Source of the DNA: Microcoleus sp.
Lineage (GTDB): Bacteria; Cyanobacteriota; Cyanobacteriia; Cyanobacteriales; Microcoleaceae
Reading direction: 5' to 3'
Assembly (NCBI GenBank): GCA_042408215.1
Contig: JAYFMW010000005.1
Location: forward strand, 64,001 to 128,000
Length of the DNA: 64,000 nucleotides
This document shows, one piece after another, positions 1 to 9,674 of this stretch. The stretch's first letter is position 1. The number at the start of each line of letters is the position of its first letter. A program made the translations under genes and the position numbers. Below the pieces are notes generated by a model. The model ran no database searches and was not told the DNA's origin. It saw only the letters and a program-made list of their open reading frames with translations.

Positions 1-870
1 TTAGTTATTGCTTTGGTGGTGGCATACTTGATATCCACGGCGATCGCCAACACCCTCAACCAAACTGCCGGCGAAATTGCTAGCTCCTCGGCACAAATCG
101 TCAGTGCGGTCGAAGAGCAAGAACGCACCGTCTCGCAACAAGCTAGCTCAGTGAATGAAACCTCGACCACGATGGACGAACTCGGCGCATCTTCGCGCCA
201 ATCGGCGGAACAGGCTGAAGTCTCTGCTTCAGGGGCACAGTTAGCCCTCTCGCTGACTGAAGGTGGCACAAAAGCGGTGCGCCAAACTCTTGATGAGATG
301 ACTACCCTCAAGGACAAAGTGGGGGCGATCGCCCAACAAATTTTGCGCCTGAGCGAACAAACCAACCAGATTGGCAATATTTCGGGCTTGGTGGGTGACT
401 TAGCTAATCAAACCAATATGCTGGCCGTGAGTGCCGCCGTAGAAGCCGCCCGTGCTGGCGATCGTGGGAAAGGCTTTGCGGTAGTTGCTCGAGAAATTCG
501 CAAACTTGCTGACGAAAGTAAGCAGTCTGCGATCAAGATCAACAGGCTGGTATCGGACATCCAAACGGCGATCGACTCCACCGTGATGGTCACCGATGAA
601 GGCAACAAGACAGTGAATGAAGGCTTGTCCCTTGCCCGTAGCATGGCAGATGCATTCACAGGTATATCTAACTCGATCAACAACGTTTTCATCAGCAGTC
701 AACAGATTTCGATGAATGCCAAACAACAAGCAGTTGCGATTAATCAAGTCGTCGAAGCGATGAATGCGATTAATCACGGTGCGCGGGAGACGGCTTCGGG
801 TGTATCGCAAATCAAAGTCAGCACGCACCAACTCAATTCTGCTGCTCAAAAGCTGCAAGCAGTTGTTTGA
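1..870 (+). CDS. Methyl-accepting chemotaxis protein, C-terminal signalling domain (5' end outside window)
   Basis: Hairpin-tip motif QTNMLAVSAAVEAARAGDRGKGFAVVAREIRKLA; frame open from base 1. Confidence 0.92.
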   Translation, partial: LVIALVVAYLISTAIANTLNQTAGEIASSSAQIVSAVEEQERTVSQQASSVNETSTTMDELGASSRQSAEQAEVSASGAQLALSLTEGGTKAVRQTLDEMTTLKDKVGAIAQQILRLSEQTNQIGNISGLVGDLANQTNMLAVSAAVEAARAGDRGKGFAVVAREIRKLADESKQSAIKINRLVSDIQTAIDSTVMVTDEGNKTVNEGLSLARSMADAFTGISNSINNVFISSQQISMNAKQQAVAINQVVEAMNAINHGARETASGVSQIKVSTHQLNSAAQKLQAVV

Positions 871-999
871 TCCTCCAGCCTTCAGCATCTCCGTTCTCAA
901 GGGGGACTTAACGAATTCAAGCCCCCTTTTTCATGGCTGGTAGCGACTGTTCGCAAAAAATTAGCTAAATCTTCCTAAAACTACTCAGACAACAGATCA

Positions 1000-1545
1000 T
1001 CCGTCTCATTCCCGATCGGGGATCGGAGAGCAATATATCTTGCTACGGGAAGAACAACAACCGCAATCTTTCTTTATTGCTGCTTGGGAATTACGAGGAC
1101 TCACCACACGCGAGGCCCCGGTGTTGTTTTGGATTGCCAAAAATAATAGCAATGCCTCATACCAATTTTTTATGAGGCTGCATAGAATCTGATCCCCCCT
1201 AACCCCCCTTAATAAGGGGGGGACAAGATTCTTCTCAGAGTATGCGATTGTTTGAATTTATATTGTAGTTCAAGCTCCCCTGAATAAAGGGGGGGGACAA
1301 GATTCTTCTCAAAGTCACCCCCTACTCTCCTTCTTAAGGGGGATGCGAGGGGGATCGAGATATGTGCAACGACCCATTAAATTGGTATCAATAGCTAAAG
1401 TCCTGACGAAGGAAGGATCAGTTGCACTCTTCGGAACGGTACGAAAACATTTGGAGAATCTTTACAAAAAACTATACAAACTAGAACGGGTGCGGTGATG
1501 GTTGCCAAGAGAAAAGTTGGGGCTACTCAAAGGAGAATTTGCGGC
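1000..1545 (+). pseudogene. LuxR-family HTH regulator remnant, split by a MITE and frameshifted
   Basis: Translates to GLTTREAPVLFWIAKNNSNA before 1160, IAKVL...GTVRKHLENLYKKL after 1390, then QTRTGAVMV and EKLGLLKG in shifted frames. Confidence 0.8.
1160..1387. mobile_element. MITE with TACCAATTT/AAATTGGTA terminal inverted repeats and TCA target duplication
   Basis: TIRs and flanking TCA (1157-1159, 1388-1390) are visible; internal CCCCCTTAATAAGGGGG palindromes; second copy at 9360-9502. Confidence 0.85.
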
Positions 1546-1742
1546 GCACGCTCGCGTAGTCGAAGTGTTGCAATATCTTCATAATCCTATACGCAGATCA
1601 TCGTATTGTTTCCCAGATTTATTTGGAGGAGTATTAGATCAAAGCCAAAACATGACAGCTCAGATGAAGTGCTTTGGTTCACTGGCTAAAATCCAGATTC
1701 AAAGATCAGAAACTACTCTGATTAAGCAAAAGGAGTTCTCAA

Positions 1743-1976
1743 ATGACTACAACAACCCATACACATACATTTTCAGATCATGATGCTGCCCTGATCGCTG
1801 CCAAGAAAGACATAGCGGCTGAGAGTGATACCACGGGAAAAACGTGGCGTGCTTACCTCTTTAGTGATCCAGCAGCAGCAGCGGCCTATGGGAACATAGC
1901 TCCTCCACAAGGACCTGGGGAAATTATCTTTTCGGTTCTCCCTGATGGAAAAGTGTGGGTATTCCCCTACTTTTAA
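1743..1976 (+). CDS. Small hypothetical protein (77 aa)
   Basis: Strong AAGGAG RBS upstream of ATG; protein-like composition; hairpin with T-tract near 2025-2050. Confidence 0.75.
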   Translation: MTTTTHTHTFSDHDAALIAAKKDIAAESDTTGKTWRAYLFSDPAAAAAYGNIAPPQGPGEIIFSVLPDGKVWVFPYF

Positions 1977-2283
1977 CTCTCAGCTTGTGAATCAATCTCC
2001 ATGACGCTGGTTTGAGTATTGGAAAAAACCTGACTATTCCAGGCATTTTTAAACCCTTATTCAACAGCGCCAGTACGAAGCTCATTGTCCTATCCTATGC
2101 TTTTGAACATCTTAGCTTGGGATGGGACAAGGATCGTAAATCAGGTTTGGCAAATACAGAAACGAAGTGACTATTCACTTTTAAAGCCTTGATGCTGCAT
2201 TCAAACCATTCCCAAAATCTGTAACTAATTGAATGAAGTAGACCGGAAAAATCACTTATAAGATGACTAAAAGGAGATAAATT

Positions 2284-3120
2284 ATGCCACAAGGAATTGC
2301 TTTAACAATCGGTCTCAATTCCGTCGATCCTGCTCATTATGGCGGCTGGTCAGGTGAATTGACAGCCTGTGAAGCCGATGCCGAAGATATGGCTGAGATT
2401 GCCAAATCTAGACACTTCACCGTCAAAACGCTTTTAACCGCATCTGCGACGCGAGCAAAAGTCATCAGCGAGATGAATCAAGCTGCTACAACCCTAAAAT
2501 CCGGTGACATATTTGTGTTGAGTTATTCTGGTCATGGCGGACAGGTTCCTGACTTGAATGGAGATGAACTCGATGACATAAAGGATGAAACTTGGTGTCT
2601 TTATGACGGTCAATTAATCGATGATGAAACCTACAATTTACTGGGAAAAATTGCGACAGGTGTCCGCATCCTAGTTTTTTCTGATAGCTGCCATAGTGGT
2701 ACTGTTACCAAGCAGGCCTATTATCAAGGGACAATTGCCCGGAGTGCTACTCCTGCTACCACAGAGGTAAGATATCGCTATATGCCAAATCCGATTATTC
2801 TGCGAACCTACAGGCAGAATAAGGCTTTTTATGACTCTATCTTAGACAACAAGACCTTGAAAGAATCTCGTGAAGCGGTGCGCGCATCCGTCCTCCTAAT
2901 TTCTGGATGTCAAGATAATCAATTGTCCGCTGATGGCAACTTCAATGGTCTGTTCACCGGCAATCTGCTGCGGGTTTGGAATAATGGACAATTTAAAGGA
3001 GATTATCGACGTTTTCACAAAGCGATTCAACGAAATATGCCACCGGTTCAAACACCGAATTATTTTCGCGTCGGTGCTATTGACCAAAATTTTGAAAAGC
3101 AACCACCGTTTACGGTGTAA
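2284..3120 (+). CDS. Caspase-family (C14) cysteine peptidase, stand-alone metacaspase
   Basis: Catalytic dyad motifs SYSGHGG and FSDSCHSG, plus ISGCQDNQ; AAGGAG RBS. Confidence 0.93.
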   Translation: MPQGIALTIGLNSVDPAHYGGWSGELTACEADAEDMAEIAKSRHFTVKTLLTASATRAKVISEMNQAATTLKSGDIFVLSYSGHGGQVPDLNGDELDDIKDETWCLYDGQLIDDETYNLLGKIATGVRILVFSDSCHSGTVTKQAYYQGTIARSATPATTEVRYRYMPNPIILRTYRQNKAFYDSILDNKTLKESREAVRASVLLISGCQDNQLSADGNFNGLFTGNLLRVWNNGQFKGDYRRFHKAIQRNMPPVQTPNYFRVGAIDQNFEKQPPFTV

Positions 3121-3540
3121 AGCTTGGAACTAGAATTGAGGGAGCACAAGAAACTTGTGCGGTGCGGCGGTGTCTTGAACCTACTGGGTCTCCACCTGAT
3201 CCGGAGCAAAAAATCACTCCTCTCAGTAGCGGGTTCTGCGGAACTGAATTTTCAGGAATTAAGCACAAAAACTCCCAGTAGTGTTGATAGTGCGTTATGC
3301 TGCGCTAACACACGCTACAGATAGAGGCTGTGCGTAAGTCCTGGATTTTGGTTAGTCTGGCAATTGAGCGCCCAAAGCGCCGGGATTGCACAGCACCGTA
3401 AACAGAAGTGAAGGGTTTTGTCCAGGACGTAAATTACCCCTCGGCCTCAAAAGTGCAAATGACAGCTCTTACTTGCTACAATCCAGCTAGAAAAAAGGGA
3501 TTGCTGCGACAACTCCCGTCCCACACGATCGATAAAAAAC

Positions 3541-4003
3541 ATGATCACCGAACTGTTAGATGAGGCGCTTTCTCTGGAAATAGCGCACCCAGATCAAAAG
3601 CAAAGCTAAAAACTGCTTTGACAACGCTTGTAAGGCCGCCTTAGCGATGGAGGGGGCGCTCTACGTCCAAGGCTTTTTGGCCACTCCGGGCGCACCCTAC
3701 AAGCCGATCGAGTATAGTTGGATCGAACTCTCGGAGCGGATTGTTGACCCAACCTTCCCCCACCTCGGCCTGGAAGCTCAACACCTTCACTACTTTCGGG
3801 CACAGAGCTTAAGTGTCAAGCAACTCAAAGCCATCCTAGAAGAATCAAAAGAAGATTATCCAGAGGACGACCCCCTGCCGGTTTATGGCGACCAACCTTA
3901 TGAGTATTACGGAGACTTAATGTTAGGTGGGAAATCTTACCAAATTGCTTACGAGCAAGCCTTGGTTAAATGCAGGGAATTGAACCTCCCCAAAAAACAG
4001 TAA
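3541..4003 (+). pseudogene. Hypothetical protein with an apparent +1 frameshift near 3587 (mutation or assembly error)
   Basis: ATG 3541 gives MITELLDEALSLEIA, then QIKSKAKNCFDNACKAALAMEGALYVQGF continues in the +1 frame into ORF 3647-4003. Confidence 0.6.
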
Positions 4004-4019
4004 GCGCACTAATCCAGTT

Positions 4020-5015
4020 TTAATTAGGTGGCACAGAATCTCGTGTAAGTGAGCTTCCAGGAAGTTGATTTGGCGCAGTATTGGATTTTGAGCTGATGAT
4101 TTCATAACTTTTCTCATCCCATGAATTCGACTGTTTACCTACTGGGATTTCAGTTGGCTTGCTTTTCGGTTTAACTTCGCCTTGAGAACTTTTCGGTTTA
4201 ACTTCGCCTTGAGAACTTTTCGGTTTGACTTCGCCTTGAGAACTTTTCGGTTTAACTTTGACTCCAAAACCTTTAGATTTATTGCCTTTAGCAGAACTTG
4301 ATGCCTGTTCCGTTGCAGGCTTCTTAAACTCCTCGTCTAATTGGTCTAAAATCTCCTCTTGTTCGGGAGTATGTTCTGCTGGTTGCTCTAAATTTCTGGG
4401 ATTGTATTCGTCTACCAACCGGGCTAAAAGTTCCGAAATTGACATTCCCGCTGCGGCTGCTTTTTTAGCTAAAATGTCGTAGGTGTCGATTTTAATCCGA
4501 ATTTGTTTGAGCCGGAGTTCGGGATTGTTGTCAACAGTTTCGCTAATTGTTACTGCGGTAATCCTTTCTTTTGGCACTACATCCACAACTTCTTGCCACT
4601 TTTCCTCCAAAGGACAGTCGCCGTACTTGTTAATTATTGCGTGTTTAAACAAAGGGACAACCTGAGCAACGCAGCTCGGCAAAATCTCAAATCCGGCTTT
4701 AATTAAGCGCAGGCAAATGCCAGCAGCTTTGATAATTTGCGTACAGTAAAAATACTGTCTGCCTAATGCTTGTTCGCAGTAAATTTTAAAGGTTTTGAAC
4801 TGGTCTTTGTACAATCGCAGTCTTCGGATCGCGTCTAGCATGATTCCTTGACGCACATAGTCTAGGAATCCCCTTTTAATTTCGCCAGTCAGGTAGTCTA
4901 AATCGTGAAAGGGTGATTGACTCTGGATTTCTTCTTCAAAGTCTAGAAGCGGGCCTGCAAAGTGAAAGTTGAAGGCGACATCGCCTACATAGAAGTTGTC
5001 AATGGATGTGGGCAT
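4020..5015 (-). CDS. Hypothetical mobile-element-type protein with helical N-terminal domain, RHH-like motif and Lys-rich repeat tail
   Basis: Likely start MPTSIDNF at 5015; LDAIRRLRLYKDQFKTFKIYC motif; IRIKIDTYDILAKKAAAAGMSISELL is RHH-like. Confidence 0.65.
   Translation of the reverse strand: MPTSIDNFYVGDVAFNFHFAGPLLDFEEEIQSQSPFHDLDYLTGEIKRGFLDYVRQGIMLDAIRRLRLYKDQFKTFKIYCEQALGRQYFYCTQIIKAAGICLRLIKAGFEILPSCVAQVVPLFKHAIINKYGDCPLEEKWQEVVDVVPKERITAVTISETVDNNPELRLKQIRIKIDTYDILAKKAAAAGMSISELLARLVDEYNPRNLEQPAEHTPEQEEILDQLDEEFKKPATEQASSSAKGNKSKGFGVKVKPKSSQGEVKPKSSQGEVKPKSSQGEVKPKSKPTEIPVGKQSNSWDEKSYEIISSKSNTAPNQLPGSSLTRDSVPPN
4162..4258. repeat. 27-bp in-frame tandem repeat (KPKSSQGEV x3.5)
   Basis: CTTTTCGGTTTAACTTCGCCTTGAGAA repeated. 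Confidence 0.9.
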
Positions 5016-5384
5016 AATCGCGAATAGTTCGAGGAAGGAAACGATATCACAGAAGTAGTACGATCGCCAAGTACAAAAAAAGTCTTGCTCTTGATGTTTA
5101 ATACTTTGATACAATGTTGACTTGGGCTGTAAGGTCCATCGACCTTTTACGCAGCACCACATCCCTCCTGCCTTGAGAGAAAGGGACTTGAGTTATGCAC
5201 CCAAGCCCCAAAAATGCTAAGGGTATGCAGGCATAATGGATAGAAACCACAAATAAGGCAGCTCGCTAAACCAAAGCGTTTCCACCGTCCGGCTAAAGGA
5301 GCAGCCTTTTTGTTGTTCTATATTTAAAAGCATACTTGTAAAACTGTGAGTTGTCAACAAGTTTGATTGTGATTTTACTATGAT

Positions 5385-5717
5385 ATGTCTAAAAAGAAAC
5401 AAGCTCAAGAGCCCAAAGATATGCCAGCACTGCAAATTTTGCGGGTGGCTGCTGGTTTGTCACAATCGGCTTTAGCCAAGCAAATTCCCGACAAAACGGG
5501 CGCAAAAACCCTAACTCAGCAAGCAATCAGCAACTGGGAACGGGGGATAGACGAACCCGAACTAACAATTGCTCAAATGAAAGCCCTTTGCGAAGCTCTA
5601 GGAAAAACGCTGAAGGATTTACCTAACAACTTAGGCCCACCAAATCGGGACAGACAACTTTCAGGAAACGGACTTGAGGAATGCACTAAAAACCAGAAAA
5701 TACCCAAGGATATGTAG
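5385..5717 (+). CDS. XRE-family HTH transcriptional regulator
   Basis: LRVAAGLSQSALA...TQQAISNWERGIDEP. Confidence 0.88.
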   Translation: MSKKKQAQEPKDMPALQILRVAAGLSQSALAKQIPDKTGAKTLTQQAISNWERGIDEPELTIAQMKALCEALGKTLKDLPNNLGPPNRDRQLSGNGLEECTKNQKIPKDM

Positions 5718-5870
5718 CCCTAATAGATGGAAACTACAAATAAGGGGTGAGACAAACCTGCATTTTTACCTGGGAGGTTCGTTGAACCACCTGGATAGTG
5801 CCGACGAAAATCAAGTTTACGTCTTATTCACGGCTTTGTCAAGACGTTTACATCATGAATATTTCCTCCT

Positions 5871-6149
5871 ATGATAGAAGAAGATTTGCCAGAAAAAAAG
5901 AAATCTCCATTGAGACTACTCAGAGAAAAAGCCGGACTAACACGCCCTCAAGTTAAAGAAAAAATCGGAATTTCCGAGCGCAGACAAGCTGACTGGGAAT
6001 CTGGGAAGGCTCTACCTAATGCTGAAAACATACTTGCTATGGCTAACCTGTACCAGGTTTCTCTAAAAAATATATTTCGGCTGTTAGGGCTAGACGTGAC
6101 TAAAATTCCCGACGACTTACCCCGAAAGCAGCAGCCCAAGGACAACTAA
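5871..6149 (+). CDS. XRE-family HTH transcriptional regulator
   Basis: LREKAGLTRPQVKEKIGISERRQADWESGKALP. Confidence 0.88.
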   Translation: MIEEDLPEKKKSPLRLLREKAGLTRPQVKEKIGISERRQADWESGKALPNAENILAMANLYQVSLKNIFRLLGLDVTKIPDDLPRKQQPKDN

Positions 6150-6172
6150 TACCACTTCTCAAAAGTTATGCG

Positions 6173-6210
6173 ACGCCCTTGTCTATCCCCCCCAAGGGCG
6201 TGTTTTCTTG
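6173..6210 (+). terminator. Probable intrinsic terminator after the XRE genes
   Basis: ACGCCCTTG...CAAGGGCGT stem followed by GTTTTCTT. Confidence 0.55.
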
Positions 6211-6362
6211 ACCCGGAGAACCCCCGCATTCTTGCCCCCTACTCATATTAAATCCTCTCTTCATCGGAATGATATAAACGGAGGACACGACTGTCTTGTC
6301 ACCTACAATTAATGAGTCAGCTACAATTAGATCATAATTTAAATAGGAATTAGTCCGAGCGA

Positions 6363-6777
6363 TCAGTCGGTGACTTTCCCTCTCATAGCTTTAATCTGCC
6401 CTCGCTTGGTTTTGCTGTCGAGACGTTTGCGCTGAGAACTACGAGTTGCTTTGCTGGGTTTGCGTCTTTTTGGTATGGCGATCGCACTTTTAATCAATTC
6501 TTGCAGTCGTCTTAATGCTTCTTCCCGGTTCTGTTCTTGGCTGCGGTGTTCCTGTGCTTTAATCACAATAACACCTTCCTGGGTAATGCGGTTGTCGTTG
6601 ATTTGCAATAAGCGCTCTTTGTAGCGATCGGGTAATGAAGAAGCTGGGATATCAAAGCGTAAGTGAATGGCGGTTGCCACTTTATTCACGTTTTGGCCTC
6701 CTGCGCCTTGAGAGCGAATGGCATTAATCTCGATTTCGCGATCGGTCCAGGAACACAGTGTTAGAAATTTGTAGCAT
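6363..6777 (-). CDS. arfB: Alternative ribosome rescue factor ArfB (apparent +1 frameshift near 6746)
   Basis: [10 protein letters not shown] motif and basic C-terminal tail; the typical start [10 protein letters not shown] (ATG 6777) is out of frame by one base. Confidence 0.88.
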
Positions 6778-7314
6778 GATTCATCAGTGAGATTAAAGAT
6801 ACTGGAAAAGCAGTGCATCTTTATATATAACTTACTTTAGTCAGGGAACAGGATATTAGGACACGGCAGTGCTGTTTCCCTACAATTAATCTGGGGATGG
6901 TTACATCTCTCGCGAGCACAAGCGATTATTTTGGGGTAGGGACACGGCACTGCCGTGTCCTCTCCGTTGCTAATAAACTTTTTCTTGACTCTTCTTCTTT
7001 CAATGTATCAAATACCAATGCTGCAATATCACCGATAACGGCAGCGGCTCTTACTATAAAAGGTTTCATAAAATTACATTGATTTTCAAAACGACGAATA
7101 TATTAAAACAGGACTTACGCATTCTCCACGCTGTTGCAAAGGTTTGAGATTCTTCGCAACGCTTGCGAATGACAGAAGTATGTTCCAATGCGTCCAGGAC
7201 TGTAAAAGCTATCTCAAAAACAAACGTCAAAACAATTTGCAACCCCAAATAAATTAGTAAGGTGCGCCGAAACGCACCCTACAAAAACTAATTAATCAGC
7301 AGTACCCGTTATTG

Positions 7315-7376
7315 TAGGGTGCGTCAGGGTGGAATATTTTCTCACATTGTCGATCGTCTCGCCTGACGCACCCTAC
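7315..7376. repeat. GTAG-type REP-like palindrome
   Basis: GTAGGGTGCGTCAGG...CCTGACGCACCCTAC; family members also at 17984-18124 and 50851-51441. Confidence 0.8.
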
Positions 7377-7408
7377 ACAGATTAATCAGCAGTACCCGTT
7401 TTCACCGA

Positions 7409-8836
7409 CTATTCAGGAATCTGAGTCCACTCTGTGTGGAAGAATTCACCGCGTGGTTTGTCCGTGCGCTCATAGGTGTGAGCCCCGAAATAATCCCGCT
7501 GAGCTTGGGTCACATTTTGCGGCAATCGATCGCGCCGATAGCTATCAAAATAATCCAGCGATGCGCTAAACGCTGGCACTGCAATCCCCAGTTGGCTAGC
7601 AGTCGCCAACACGTCCCGCCAAGCTGATTGGCGATCGAGAATACTCTGCTTAAACTCCGGCGCTAACAGCAAATTCGGCAACGCCGGATCGTCCTTGAAA
7701 GCTGTTTTAATCTTGTCCAAAAAGCCAGCCCGAATAATACAGCCGCCCTTCCAAATTCGAGATATTTCGCTCAAATCAAGGTCGTAATTATACGACTTTG
7801 AAGCCGCGCTCAAAAGTGCCATTCCCTGGGCGTAAGAACAAATCTTCGAGCAGTAAAGCGCATCCCGGACTTTGTTGATAAACTCTTGAGTATCGCCCTC
7901 ATACTTGCCGCTAGGCCCAGTTAGTTCTTGAGAAGCTCTGACGCGCTCAGCCTTATAAGAAGACATGATTCTGGCATTCACAGCAGCAATAATTGTCGGA
8001 ATGCTCACCCCCAATTCCAAAGCACTCATTACAGTCCAGCGGCCGGTACCTTTTTGGCCCGCTGCGTCCATAATCACCTCAACTAAGGGCTCCTTAGTTT
8101 CCGGGTCAATGTACTTGAAAATATTAGCCGTAATTTCAATCAAAAACGAGTTGAGTTCGTCGGTGGTATTCCATTCGGCAAAAACTTCTTGCAACTGTTT
8201 GCCGTCAAGTCCCCCAACGTTTTTGAGCAAATCGTAGGCTTCAGCAATGAGCTGCATATCACCGTACTCAATGCCGTTGTGAACCATCTTCACGTAGTGA
8301 CCAGCGCCACCAGGGCCGATGAATGTGACGCAGGGGCCATCATCTACTTGAGCCGCAATTTTAGTCAGAATCGGCTCCAATTCCTTGTAAGCTGCTCGCG
8401 TGCCACCGGGCATCATGCTAGCACCATTCAGCGCGCCTTCTTCGCCGCCGCTAATTCCCATGCCGACAAATCCCAGTCCGATCGATTCTAAGTCTTTGGT
8501 GCGGCGTTCGGTGTCGTCGTAGAGCGAGTTGCCGCCGTCAATAATCATGTCGTCGGGGTCTAGCATCGGTTTTAGCTGGTCAATTACCGCATCTACGGCT
8601 TTGCCAGCTTGTACCATAACTAAGATTCTGCGGGGGCGTTCTAGGGCTTCGACGAATTCCGCCAGAGTCTTCGTGGCTACAATGTTTTTGCCCTGGGCGC
8701 GTTTTGCCATGAATTCGTCGGTTTTGGCTGTGGTACGGTTGTACACAGCTACGGAGAAACCTCTGCTTTCGACGTTCAGCGCTAGGTTCTCGCCCATTAC
8801 GGCTAAACCGATTAAACCAAAATTTTGCTTTGTCAT
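7409..8836 (-). CDS. gnd: NADP-dependent 6-phosphogluconate dehydrogenase
   Basis: GLIGLAVMGENLALN, KMVHNGIEYGDMQLIAE and QRDYFGAHTY motifs. Confidence 0.97.
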   Translation of the reverse strand: MTKQNFGLIGLAVMGENLALNVESRGFSVAVYNRTTAKTDEFMAKRAQGKNIVATKTLAEFVEALERPRRILVMVQAGKAVDAVIDQLKPMLDPDDMIIDGGNSLYDDTERRTKDLESIGLGFVGMGISGGEEGALNGASMMPGGTRAAYKELEPILTKIAAQVDDGPCVTFIGPGGAGHYVKMVHNGIEYGDMQLIAEAYDLLKNVGGLDGKQLQEVFAEWNTTDELNSFLIEITANIFKYIDPETKEPLVEVIMDAAGQKGTGRWTVMSALELGVSIPTIIAAVNARIMSSYKAERVRASQELTGPSGKYEGDTQEFINKVRDALYCSKICSYAQGMALLSAASKSYNYDLDLSEISRIWKGGCIIRAGFLDKIKTAFKDDPALPNLLLAPEFKQSILDRQSAWRDVLATASQLGIAVPAFSASLDYFDSYRRDRLPQNVTQAQRDYFGAHTYERTDKPRGEFFHTEWTQIPE

Positions 8837-8943
8837 GCTTAATAAATCGCTGGTTGTTCCCGCTTGATGATAGATTTACGATCTTGGGAAAGCGAGGCGG
8901 GGTGTAGCGCTTTCCTCTGGCTGAAATGTCAGAGAATAGACCT

Positions 8944-9348
8944 TTGACACTCTCAGGGCTAAAGCCACTGAGATTCTGCGGACAGAGTAAAACTCTCGCT
9001 ACGACCGTCAAACGCCGTCTACCTAGTCACTCTAAGTCAAGCTTAGGTTTCTAGCTACTTTTATTTTTTCCAATGCTTTCAGAATCCATCACTAAGCCAA
9101 GACGCGGTACGCTCCGCAACCTGCCTTTATTTGCTCTTTCCTGTCATACTGCGCCAGGACTTAAACCTAACCGTTGTTTCATAGGAGCCGGGATTTCTCC
9201 GATACTAGGATGCTTCAACACGTAGATGTTTTTTGTTCTTACTCACGATCTAATTTTAACACAAATACCACTGCGACTGAAGTCGCTCGTGCCGCTTCCC
9301 TAGGAAGGGCTAAAGCCACTGAGTTTCCCGCATCCCGTATTAATTTTT
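8944..9348 (-). mobile_element. Non-autonomous IS200/IS605 derivative (both ends plus degenerate tnpB 3' end and omegaRNA region)
   Basis: GGGCTAAAGCCACTGAG hairpin at both ends; right end reads GAAT-hairpin-GTCAA on minus strand; left end reads GAAA-hairpin; left boundary approximate. Confidence 0.72.
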
Positions 9349-9359
9349 ATGAGGTTTAA

Positions 9360-9502
9360 TACCAGTTTTTTATGAGGCTGCATAGAATCTGATACCCCCT
9401 AACCCCCCTTAATAAGGGGGGAACAAGATTCTGCTCAAAGTCCCCCTTATTAAGGGGGATTTAGGGGGATCGAGATATATGCAACGACCCATTAAATTGG
9501 TT
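9360..9502. mobile_element. MITE, same family as 1160-1387, with TAA target duplication
   Basis: TACCAGTTT...AAATTGGTT flanked by TAA on both sides. Confidence 0.8.
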
Positions 9503-9674
9503 TAAGTGTATTTATATTCTAAAAATTGATGTTTGGTGAATCAGTAGGGTTTTTTTAAGATTTAAGGGATCTTAAAGAGAGTGGCCAGCGATAATAAGGC
9601 AGATATTGAGTCGATCGCAGTAACGATAGATACAAACTAGCCGAAATTTTGGAGAAAAGTTAGGAGACTATACT

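Noticed and set aside
1502..1783. 93-aa ORF
   Set aside because: It has a TTG start, begins in the tail of the LuxR remnant and overlaps the better-supported 1743 gene.
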